Origin: Sulfurospirillaceae bacterium
GTDB taxonomy: Bacteria > Campylobacterota > Campylobacteria > Campylobacterales > Sulfurospirillaceae
Direction: 5' to 3'
NCBI GenBank assembly: GCA_033723415.1
Contig: JAWVXD010000002.1
Span: forward strand, 288,001 to 352,000
Length of the DNA: 64,000 bases
Position 1 is the stretch's first letter. The number at the start of each line of letters is the position of its first letter. Below the pieces are notes generated by a model. The model worked only from the letters and a program-made list of their open reading frames with translations, did not search any database and was not told the DNA's origin. The position numbers were made by a program, and so were the translations under genes. Positions 30,467 through 39,031 of this stretch are shown one piece after another.

Positions 30467-31156
30467 CTATCGCACCATGCCGCCGCTGATATTGATCACT
30501 TCGCCATTGACATAAGTTGCTTTATCTCCTAAAAAGAAGACAACTTCAGCAACTTCTTCAGGCTCTCCAATACGTCCAGCAGGTATAAGTTCCACCATCT
30601 TTTTATTAACATTTTCTATCATTTGAGATCTGATGATACCTGGTGCTACCGCATTGACCCGGATGCCGTATCTTGCGGTCTCAGCACACAATGCCTTTGT
30701 AAATGCAATCACACCGCCTTTGCTTGCGGAGTAATTTGTCTGCCCCTCATTTCCTACCAGTCCAGAGATAGAAGCGACATTGATGATTGAGCCGTTTTTA
30801 TTTTTGATCATTTGAAGAATGATCTGTTTTGTCACATGATACAAACCATCAAGATTTGTCTTCATCACATCTTCCCAATCCTCATCTTCCATAAAGAAAA
30901 AAAGCTTATCTCTTGTGATTCCTGCACAATTTACCAAAACATCCACTTGTAAGTCACTCAGAGCATCTTTGATACTTTGTTTATCCGAGATATCAAAGGA
31001 TATCAGTTCGGCATTTTGTATCTCAGTCAAAAGTGCTTTTGCTTTCTCAAAACTTTTGTTATAGTGAATATAAACAAAATATCCGTATTTTGCATACTCT
31101 TTTACTATCGCTGTGCCTATATCCCCGGTGGCGCCTGTTACAAGAACTTTTTTCAT
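30467..31156 (-). CDS. fabG: 3-oxoacyl-ACP reductase (cluster FabG paralog)
   Basis: TGATGDIG, NCAGITRD, YSASK, NAVAPG. Confidence 0.9.
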   Translation of the reverse strand: MKKVLVTGATGDIGTAIVKEYAKYGYFVYIHYNKSFEKAKALLTEIQNAELISFDISDKQSIKDALSDLQVDVLVNCAGITRDKLFFFMEDEDWEDVMKTNLDGLYHVTKQIILQMIKNKNGSIINVASISGLVGNEGQTNYSASKGGVIAFTKALCAETARYGIRVNAVAPGIIRSQMIENVNKKMVELIPAGRIGEPEEVAEVVFFLGDKATYVNGEVINISGGMVR

Positions 31157-31252
31157 ATAAATTTCCTATCATTTAGCATAATCTTTACTTTAATATTAAT
31201 ATAAAATTCGTCTATTTTCTAACAAAGCCGAATCCTTGTACTGATGACTAAA

Positions 31253-32116
31253 CTATTTCTCCCAAAAATCATAAAAATTAAACCACCCTTGTGGGTATAT
31301 TTCGATATTTTTTGCAAATTCATCGACATACATTTGCATGCATCTGTCAACTTCGCTATCCATATCTTTGTCCCAATCCATCTCGATCTTTTTATACTCG
31401 ATCTTATATTTTAACGGCTCTACAAATCTTACAAAAAGTGCGATCAAAGGCTTTTTTGTCTTGTAGGCAATCTCAAAAGGATTTTTGTTAAATTTGGCAG
31501 CTTTCCCAAAAAATTCGATCTTTTTGGAGTTTTTTGCATTAGTAGCACGATCTGCCATCATAGCTACTAGTTCATTGTCTCTGAGTGCATTTGCTATCTC
31601 TATAGTAACGGCAATTCCACCTTTAGAGATGTCTATGATCTTGACATGACCTGTTTTATCGCTGCGAATACTCTCTTCTATCTCTTGTATGCTTTGCATA
31701 AGAGACTCTTGCATCACTATATTAATCTTCAAACTCAAAGGAGCCAAGCAATTTGCGGCACTTGCCCAGCCGCCATAATGTGACAAAAGCAGTATACCGC
31801 CTTCTCTTAAGGTATCCTCTAAAAGCTTTCTTTCATCAACCACAAAGTCATATTTTTCAGGATTGGTAAGTGATATAAATCTATCGCTCATACAAATCGA
31901 AAAATGTCTTAAATGCTCATGATGTACTTTTTTACCAAATGTTTGTCCTATGTTATCATAATATATTTGCAAGGCTTCTTTTGTATTTGACGCTTTTAAA
32001 TAGTAAAAATATGAGACAGGATACATCAAATAATAGATAAAACGATATCCAAGCACTTTGTACAGAGTATATACAAGTTTGATGCTCCAGCCGCTCCCTC
32101 TTTGTATTGTTTTCAT
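31253..32116 (-). CDS. LpxL/LpxP-like (lysophospholipid) acyltransferase
   Basis: LLSHYGGW, MMADR, C-terminal YPQGWFNFYDFW. Confidence 0.85.
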   Translation of the reverse strand: MKTIQRGSGWSIKLVYTLYKVLGYRFIYYLMYPVSYFYYLKASNTKEALQIYYDNIGQTFGKKVHHEHLRHFSICMSDRFISLTNPEKYDFVVDERKLLEDTLREGGILLLSHYGGWASAANCLAPLSLKINIVMQESLMQSIQEIEESIRSDKTGHVKIIDISKGGIAVTIEIANALRDNELVAMMADRATNAKNSKKIEFFGKAAKFNKNPFEIAYKTKKPLIALFVRFVEPLKYKIEYKKIEMDWDKDMDSEVDRCMQMYVDEFAKNIEIYPQGWFNFYDFWEK

Positions 32117-32814
32117 CGGTTTTCTGGTAATCTTTTCAAGATTGGCTTGAGAGGCAAAAGACGGATATGTACCCAGACGATAGCCATCGTATCTCTGAAC
32201 TTTTTAAAATGGCTCACGCGCTCTTCAGGCTTCGGATAGTAACATTTTATGTTTTTCTCTTTTATGATTCTTCCTTTCCATGCATGTTTGACCAAAACTT
32301 CCATCTCCCAATCAAATCCCCTTGTTTTCAGTTTTAAATCCAGAATAGAGATAGGGTATAATCGCAATCCAGAGAGTGAATCTCCTATATGTTGACCCGT
32401 ATCCCAGCAAGCCCACAAGTTAGAGAACCATCTACCGAATTTTGAACCGTTTGGGACATTCTGTATATCAAAATTTCTTGCACCTATGATGATTTGATCT
32501 TCTCCGTCACAACTTTTTATCAACTTTTCTATCTCAGATGCCAAATGCTGCCCATCTCCATCTAAAGAGACAAAATATTTATATCCCAATCTTTTGGCTT
32601 CTTTAGCACCACTCATGATCGCCATGCCTTTGCCTAGATTCTCATCGTGCCTTAGAATAGTTAAATTTTCATATTCAAAATCCACTTTTGGGATTGAACC
32701 ATCATCAACCAAAACTAGTTTATACCCTTGTCCCAATATATCTTTGGCGACATTTTCTATAGAGTTTGGGTTGTTATAGCTCGGTACGACAACCAGTATA
32801 TCAGATTTTTTCAT
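32113..32814 (-). CDS. GT2 glycosyltransferase
   Basis: VPSYN, VDDGS, NLGKG, DGDGQH, DSLSGLRLYP, VSHF. Confidence 0.9.
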   Translation of the reverse strand: MKKSDILVVVPSYNNPNSIENVAKDILGQGYKLVLVDDGSIPKVDFEYENLTILRHDENLGKGMAIMSGAKEAKRLGYKYFVSLDGDGQHLASEIEKLIKSCDGEDQIIIGARNFDIQNVPNGSKFGRWFSNLWACWDTGQHIGDSLSGLRLYPISILDLKLKTRGFDWEMEVLVKHAWKGRIIKEKNIKCYYPKPEERVSHFKKFRDTMAIVWVHIRLLPLKPILKRLPENR

Positions 32815-33112
32815 ATAAAATCTCTGCAATTTTTACGCTATTTTTTTGGATTTTCACACTCACAATTTTTTCACGCTCAATGAAAAAAAAGTCCAGAACA
32901 TCCTCTGGAAGTGCCGGGTGTATGAATTTTGCTTTTTTAATACCAGTGATCTCATGATTTAGGACTTCTGAACAAATCTCCATCATGATAAAGGCCGGAA
33001 GTAGCGGATTATTTGGGAAGTGTGCTTGAAAAACACTATGTTCCCGACAAGCCAACTCGATGGCAAAAACTCCATCTTCCTTTTTTAAAATTTTATAGAG
33101 ATTACTTAACAT
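32801..33112 (-). CDS. FabA/FabZ-like hot-dog dehydratase (ApeI-like)
   Basis: FQAHFPNNPLLPA, AKFIHPALP; start placed at ATG 33112. Confidence 0.8.
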   Translation of the reverse strand: MLSNLYKILKKEDGVFAIELACREHSVFQAHFPNNPLLPAFIMMEICSEVLNHEITGIKKAKFIHPALPEDVLDFFFIEREKIVSVKIQKNSVKIAEILYEKI

Positions 33113-33425
33113 AGATTGTAAATTTACCTTTGGTAAAATTTTCGACAGAAAAAGAGAACATGTGCATGTTTTGCATATCAAACTCTTTTTTTATAGAGAT
33201 TTCAATTTTCATATCTTCTATTTTTTGTACATACTCAATATCACTCGCACTCACTAAAAATCCTTCTTGCTGATCGCCAAAAGCACTACTAGCTTGTGCC
33301 GCAGCTTCAAGTATCATGGGAAGTGTCGGGATATAGGGAAATTCACAAGCTACTTTTACATCCTCACTTCCTCTGTATATGATTTCTTTGGCAAAGAGAA
33401 GAGGAGGTAAGTGCGGTAAATTCAT
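33102..33425 (-). CDS. Hot-dog dehydratase partner (ApeP-like)
   Basis: LPHLPPLLF, LEAAAQA, GFLVS. Confidence 0.7.
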   Translation of the reverse strand: MNLPHLPPLLFAKEIIYRGSEDVKVACEFPYIPTLPMILEAAAQASSAFGDQQEGFLVSASDIEYVQKIEDMKIEISIKKEFDMQNMHMFSFSVENFTKGKFTIYVK

Positions 33426-34063
33426 ATTTCTACTTCCAATATGGGATCTTTTATATTTTGTGCCGTTTGGGCTACATGTAAGAGTTCGCTGATGGAGTCT
33501 GAAACACCTTTGGTCTTGCTTTTTTCTACTGTTATATTTGCTTTTTCTTTACTCAATCTTACTCTTAGAGCAACTGCACTTTCCAGATACTTCACACAAC
33601 GATTAACTTCTTGTATCTTATCTATATCCATTGTTTCAAAGCACACAAGAAGTAGCTCATCTTGATCAAGTGCTTTTATAGCTCCTGTCTTCAAGACTGC
33701 TTTTGCGGTATTGGCTCCGGAAGAGACGGTCAAGATTTCATTTTTATTATTGTTTAATATCGACAGATATGACACAGCGGTATTAAATACGGAGTTTTGA
33801 AAATCAGTCGGACTAATAGGTTCTCCGTCTTTTATAGAATTTAAGATCCTTGCACTCACTTCTAACTCTCCATATGCGCTACCACAGATTATACGCCCAT
33901 CTTCAAAGCCAATTTTGTCACAAAGTTCTATCAACAATTTTGCAGCTCTTGTCAATCTTCTTCGTATCACCATTTTAGGTACCAGCTCTTTAGTGTGAAG
34001 ATTTTGGATATTTTGTTCTCCTAGTAAATATGCGCTGGAGAGAATTTGCAGATTAAGCTTCAT
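33422..34063 (-). CDS. Ketosynthase chain-length-factor-like protein
   Basis: RRRLTR, SAYGE, ISPTDFQNSVFN; no catalytic Cys/His/His. Confidence 0.8.
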   Translation of the reverse strand: MKLNLQILSSAYLLGEQNIQNLHTKELVPKMVIRRRLTRAAKLLIELCDKIGFEDGRIICGSAYGELEVSARILNSIKDGEPISPTDFQNSVFNTAVSYLSILNNNKNEILTVSSGANTAKAVLKTGAIKALDQDELLLVCFETMDIDKIQEVNRCVKYLESAVALRVRLSKEKANITVEKSKTKGVSDSISELLHVAQTAQNIKDPILEVEI

Positions 34064-35157
34064 CGCTTCCGTCCAAACAGTAGTGAAGTATTGTTGCCTC
34101 CAAATGCTAAAGAGTTGCTCAATACATAATCCATCTCGCTTTTTTGTGCTTTTGTGACATAGTTCATATCTGCGATCTCCGGATCATCCAGGTTCAAGTT
34201 TGGAAGCAAGGTCTGCTTTTCTAACACCATCACCGACAACATCGCCTCCAATGCCCCAGCCGCTCCAAGCGTATGACCGGTGATAGATTTCGTTGAACTT
34301 ATAGGTGTCGCTGTTCCAAAAAGACTTCGTATGGCATTTATCTCACTGATATCATTGGCTATTGTTCCTGTTCCATGAGCATTGATATATCCGATATCTT
34401 TTGTATCCAAGCCTCTACAAAGAAGCGCATTTTGCATCGCTTTTGTTGCACCTTGCGGATTTGGTTGTGTCATGTGAAAAGCATCGGAGCTATAGCCAAC
34501 GCCACACATCTCAATAGCATCATCGAGCTGCTCATCTTGCAGTAAAAGCACGGCATACCCCTCTGCTACGTTCATGCCGTCTCTTTGTTTTGAAAAAGGT
34601 TGACAAATAGAACTCGATAATACACCCAGGGCGTTGAATCCTCCAACCGTAGTTTTACAAAGCGTATCATACCCGATAACTAAAGCATTTTTATAAATAC
34701 CTTTGCTGATCACTTCATATGCGTAACCCAGTGCATTTGCACTAGAAGTACATGCGGTTGAAAAGGCGACATCATCTTTAAATTTATATTTTTGCAATAT
34801 CTTATATTTGATAAAATCTATAGCATGTAAGATAGGATTGATGTTTTTGTAGTTGCCGTCTTTGAGATATATCTCTTCACTGAGTCTCATCCCGCCCACG
34901 GATGAACCGATGATCAGAAGTGTGTCTTCAAAGTTTTTTAGATTTGATACATCTAACAATTCACCGATATGAGTTACCAAAGCTTCTTCTAGATTAAATT
35001 CGATGATTCCGATACCGACACTTTTGCCTTGTAGATAATTTGTATTTGTTTTTATTCCGCTTTTGCCGATGCAGATATTTTCAAAAAGCTCTGTTGCATT
35101 GTTTGCCGAAGGAGTTAAACAATTATAATGATTTACAAAAACCCTACTTGTTTTCAT
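34060..35157 (-). CDS. Beta-ketoacyl-ACP synthase (FabB/F type)
   Basis: STACTSS, NAHGTGT, TGHTLGAAG, SLAFGG. Confidence 0.92.
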   Translation of the reverse strand: MKTSRVFVNHYNCLTPSANNATELFENICIGKSGIKTNTNYLQGKSVGIGIIEFNLEEALVTHIGELLDVSNLKNFEDTLLIIGSSVGGMRLSEEIYLKDGNYKNINPILHAIDFIKYKILQKYKFKDDVAFSTACTSSANALGYAYEVISKGIYKNALVIGYDTLCKTTVGGFNALGVLSSSICQPFSKQRDGMNVAEGYAVLLLQDEQLDDAIEMCGVGYSSDAFHMTQPNPQGATKAMQNALLCRGLDTKDIGYINAHGTGTIANDISEINAIRSLFGTATPISSTKSITGHTLGAAGALEAMLSVMVLEKQTLLPNLNLDDPEIADMNYVTKAQKSEMDYVLSNSLAFGGNNTSLLFGRKR

Positions 35158-35398
35158 TGATAAAGTCTAAAAGTGTTTTGACATTTGCAAATATCTTTTC
35201 ATACTCTTTTGAATCTGTGATTTTCACGCCAAACTCTTTTTCCAATGTTAAAACAAGCTCTATAGAATCTACAGAATCCAGACCTAAACCTTCATCTCCA
35301 AACAAAGCCATATCATCTTCTATGTCGCTTGGTTCAATATCTTCTAATTTTAAATTCTTTATCAAGATCTCTTTTAGCTGCCCACTAGTTATCATCAA
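35144..35398 (-). CDS. Acyl carrier protein
   Basis: Acidic 84-aa protein with LFGDEGLGLDSVD phosphopantetheine site. Confidence 0.92.
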   Translation of the reverse strand: MMITSGQLKEILIKNLKLEDIEPSDIEDDMALFGDEGLGLDSVDSIELVLTLEKEFGVKITDSKEYEKIFANVKTLLDFINENK

Positions 35399-35616
35399 AA
35401 CCCTTATTTTAGATAATATTTATAAAGTGTTTCATTCTATCCAAACATATATTATAGATGATTTAAACTATTGTTCAAGTATATTTTCAAATAATTTTTG
35501 TATAACTTTAGATTTTATATTTAATATGCATAAAATTAGGTTGACAATATAAATTATTATTGGATGTTTCATGTTATAATTGATGAATAAAACGATACTA
35601 TTAATCGTTTTTCAAA

Positions 35617-36540
35617 TTGATGAGTGGGGAAAAGTTGATGATCAGTATTGAACAAATGAACTCTGTTTTAAAAACACTACCTGATCCTGCATTTATATTA
35701 ACGCGTAATGGAAAATACGTAGCAGTATTTGGTGGCAGGGACACTCGTTATTATCATGATGGCAGCACACTTGTCGGATCACGTATTGCAGATATTATTA
35801 AAACAGAAAAAGCAAATTGGTTTCTTGAAAAAATTGATCAGGCTCTGCAATCAAAACAATTAATAATAGAAGAGTATGAGCTAAGCGGCAAAGATGTCAT
35901 AGGTTTGCCGGATGAGGGTCCAAAAGATACAATTTGGTTCGAAGGACGTATTCAATCACTAGATTTTCTTGTCGAAGATGAAGAAGTTGTGTTATGGGTC
36001 GCTAGCAATATTTCACAAAGACATGAACAGGAAATCAAACTACGTGAACTAGGTGATACAGATCAACTAACAGGATTTTTCAATCGCAGGAGACTTGAGC
36101 GTGACTTAATTTCTCGTTATGAAACTTTTATGCGTTATGCTACTCCGACTTCTGTTTTGATCTTTGACTTGGACAACCTAAAACATATAAACGATACTCT
36201 TGGTCATCATTCCGGGGATGATGCCATCCTAGCGGTGGTAAATACCTGTCGAATTCAGCTTAGAAGTACCGATACGGCATATCGCTTCGGTGGTGATGAG
36301 TTTATCATTGCCTTGCCCAATATTGATCTCAAACAGGCAGTCAAATTTGCTGATAGATTACGTGAATGCTTTAATCTTCAGAGAGATCGACTATCCATAG
36401 ATGGAATATTTGCAACCGTCAGCATCGGCGTGACAACAATGCTCCCAACGGATAAATCCTACGAAGATGCCCTAAAACGTGCAGACCATGCTTTGTATGA
36501 AGCCAAATATAATGGTAAAAACAAAGTCGTCATAGCTTGA
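35617..36540 (+). CDS. PAS-GGDEF diguanylate cyclase
   Basis: N-terminal PAS-like LPDP; DQLTG, DLDNLKHIND, RFGGDEF, SIG; alternative ATG at 35638. Confidence 0.9.
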   Translation: MMSGEKLMISIEQMNSVLKTLPDPAFILTRNGKYVAVFGGRDTRYYHDGSTLVGSRIADIIKTEKANWFLEKIDQALQSKQLIIEEYELSGKDVIGLPDEGPKDTIWFEGRIQSLDFLVEDEEVVLWVASNISQRHEQEIKLRELGDTDQLTGFFNRRRLERDLISRYETFMRYATPTSVLIFDLDNLKHINDTLGHHSGDDAILAVVNTCRIQLRSTDTAYRFGGDEFIIALPNIDLKQAVKFADRLRECFNLQRDRLSIDGIFATVSIGVTTMLPTDKSYEDALKRADHALYEAKYNGKNKVVIA

Positions 36541-36570
36541 GATTCGGTAATCTTTATTAATTACGACTAA

Positions 36571-37167
36571 TCAAATCATTTTACTATCTACTGCTTTCCA
36601 TAAGTGTAAGGCTAAAAAACTTTTATAGGGCGAGGCTTGGTCGATGAGCTTTTGATCGATTTCGAGTAACTTGCTAGCTTTGTTCAAAGTCGCATCATGG
36701 TGAGACCAGGTGTCATGATCTTGAAAGAAAAAAAGGCAAATCATAGCGCTGCTCCACTCTCCAAAGCCATACAATGAATTGATATAATCTTTCACTTCAT
36801 CTATGTCATGTGAGTGAAGGGTTGAGAGATCGTTTGTTTCGTGTTCTTTCTTGAGTCGCAAAATCGCTTCGTATTTTCTATTGGATAGACCACATTTCAG
36901 TATCGCTTCTTTATTTTCGATTTTAACAAATTTTAAAAGATCATGATCTGAATGTTCAGCGAGTCTATTCCAAATCACTTCGGCTACTTTGTTGGAGAGT
37001 TGCTGTTTTATGATGATTCTAGACATATAATCAAAGATTTTAAATTCACTTTTAGGGATACTCAATATCCCGTTTTGTTTTATGACATCACTTAGTGGAA
37101 TATGGTGCTTGGAAATCTTGACGAGATGATGAAAAGCTTTCTCTTCTACACTCAACATGCGTTTCAT
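36571..37167 (-). CDS. HhH-GPD DNA-3-methyladenine glycosylase (AlkA-like)
   Basis: IIKQQLS, CGLSNRK, LYGFGEWS HhH motif, conserved Asp, PYKSFLALHLW; ATGA overlap with the upstream gene. Confidence 0.8.
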   Translation of the reverse strand: MKRMLSVEEKAFHHLVKISKHHIPLSDVIKQNGILSIPKSEFKIFDYMSRIIIKQQLSNKVAEVIWNRLAEHSDHDLLKFVKIENKEAILKCGLSNRKYEAILRLKKEHETNDLSTLHSHDIDEVKDYINSLYGFGEWSSAMICLFFFQDHDTWSHHDATLNKASKLLEIDQKLIDQASPYKSFLALHLWKAVDSKMI

Positions 37168-37544
37168 CTCATGTGAATATTTGAGTAGATAAAAATAGCG
37201 GTACAAACAACTCCTGCGATCAGAAACACAACAGAAGCATAATGCACCAACTTCGCTACAGTGAGCGCTTTATTACTGTACTTTATAGGTACACAGTTTG
37301 TTTTTTTATTTGTAAAAAATGAACCAAAAGCAGTGATAATCGCCAAGAGAAGCATAAGCTGGGCAAGTTGTAAAAAAGATATCTCTTTTAGCTTATCAAG
37401 AGAGGCTATATAGAGGATAAAAACAAGAGATATGCCAAGCGTAAGAGTAGATAATGCAAGCACTACCTTATGATTGTTTTGTATCTTCGCTAGAGAGCAC
37501 GATCTTGCCGTTATATCCAAATCATCATGATCTTGCTTGTTCAT
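37164..37544 (-). CDS. Hypothetical 3-TM membrane protein
   Basis: Three hydrophobic segments; tight operon spacing. Confidence 0.65.
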   Translation of the reverse strand: MNKQDHDDLDITARSCSLAKIQNNHKVVLALSTLTLGISLVFILYIASLDKLKEISFLQLAQLMLLLAIITAFGSFFTNKKTNCVPIKYSNKALTVAKLVHYASVVFLIAGVVCTAIFIYSNIHMR

Positions 37545-37550
37545 ACTTTT

Positions 37551-38162
37551 TTACTTTTCACCGGTTAGTAAAAATACACTGTATTCGCCATATGGTTTTT
37601 GGACGATACTGGCATCTTGGATCTTTAGATTTTTAAATCTCGCTTCTTTAGCAGCGTCCAAAAACATATCTCGCTCAAAACCAAAATGAAATACTCCCGT
37701 ATCTTCTTTGTGAAAGGTTCCATCTTCACTGTCCAAATCAGCAAGTGCGATCGTGCCGCCGATCTCTAACATGTCATGAAACTTTTCAAACAATGCTTTA
37801 ATATCTTTGACATGGTGAATCGTCATAGAGGAGATGATACCGTCAAACTTACGTGCTAACGCATCTTTTGACAGATCAAGATGGCATATTTCTAATTCAC
37901 AAGCGATGTTCTCCGCTTTAGAGCGCAATACCGTATTCATCGCTTCAGACATATCCACAGCCGTAATCTTTTTTACATGAGGTGCGATATTTTCAAGTAA
38001 TAAGCCGGTTCCTGAGCCAAAATCCATGAGATGATCTTCTCTTGAGTAACAAATCTCTTTTAAAATCGTATCTGCTATGTTGTTGACATTGCCTGTTCGT
38101 GCCACTTCCTTTTCATAATCTTTTGCTTTGTGTGCAAAATAGTCTTTTTGTTCAGTTGTCAT
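37551..38162 (-). CDS. Class I SAM-dependent methyltransferase
   Basis: MDFGSGTG, AVDMS, FDGIISSMTIHH, ADLDSEDGTFH. Confidence 0.9.
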   Translation of the reverse strand: MTTEQKDYFAHKAKDYEKEVARTGNVNNIADTILKEICYSREDHLMDFGSGTGLLLENIAPHVKKITAVDMSEAMNTVLRSKAENIACELEICHLDLSKDALARKFDGIISSMTIHHVKDIKALFEKFHDMLEIGGTIALADLDSEDGTFHKEDTGVFHFGFERDMFLDAAKEARFKNLKIQDASIVQKPYGEYSVFLLTGEK

Positions 38163-38167
38163 CGTTT

Positions 38168-39001
38168 CTACTTTGAATTTTCTAAATTATAAAAATAATT
38201 CGTCGCTTCGACAAAGCCATCGACACTACCGCAGTCAAATCGTTTGCCTTTGAATTTATATGCGATGACCATGCCTTTTTTGGCTTGCTCACAGAGGGCA
38301 TCAGTGATTTGTATCTCGCCGTTTTTACCTGGTTTTACATTTTTTAAAACATCAAATATATCAGGCGTTAAAATATAGCGGCCGATGACCGCAAGATTTG
38401 AAGGAGCTTTTTCGATCTCTGGTTTTTCAACCATATTTGAGACCATAAAAACATCATCTTCTATAGTGCTCCCCTCGATAACCCCATATTTGTAAACCTC
38501 ATCGGTTGGCACTTCCATGATAGCGACGATACAGCATTTGTACTTATTGTAAAGCTTGACCATTTGCTTCAAAACACCATCACCTTCTGGGTTGATGCAA
38601 AGATCATCTGCCAATATTACGGCAAATGGGTCTTTCTCTCCCATAAGAACTTTACCTTTATAAATAGCATCTCCTAATCCTTTCATCTCATTTTGTCTCG
38701 TGTAAGTAAAGGTACATTTTTCGATTATTTCACGAATCCCATCTAGTAGCTCTTCTTTTGATGAGCCCTTTATTTGGTGCTCTAACTCATATGAAACATC
38801 GAAGTGATCCGTGATGGCTCGTTTGCCTCGACCCGTGATAATAGACATGATATCGCATCCTGCATCCATGGCTTCTTCAACTCCGTATTGGATCAAAGGT
38901 TTTGTCAGTATCGGAAGCATCTCTTTTGGCATGGCTTTTGTAGCCGGTAAAAATCTTGTACCGTATCCGGCTGCTGGAAATAAACATCTATTTATCATCA
39001 A
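38168..39001 (-). CDS. galU: UTP--glucose-1-phosphate uridylyltransferase
   Basis: PAAGYGTRFLPATKAMPKEML, VEKP, EIQITDA. Confidence 0.97.
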   Translation of the reverse strand: MMINRCLFPAAGYGTRFLPATKAMPKEMLPILTKPLIQYGVEEAMDAGCDIMSIITGRGKRAITDHFDVSYELEHQIKGSSKEELLDGIREIIEKCTFTYTRQNEMKGLGDAIYKGKVLMGEKDPFAVILADDLCINPEGDGVLKQMVKLYNKYKCCIVAIMEVPTDEVYKYGVIEGSTIEDDVFMVSNMVEKPEIEKAPSNLAVIGRYILTPDIFDVLKNVKPGKNGEIQITDALCEQAKKGMVIAYKFKGKRFDCGSVDGFVEATNYFYNLENSK

Positions 39002-39031
39002 GTCTCCTTTTGCTTTAACGTAATTATATAT

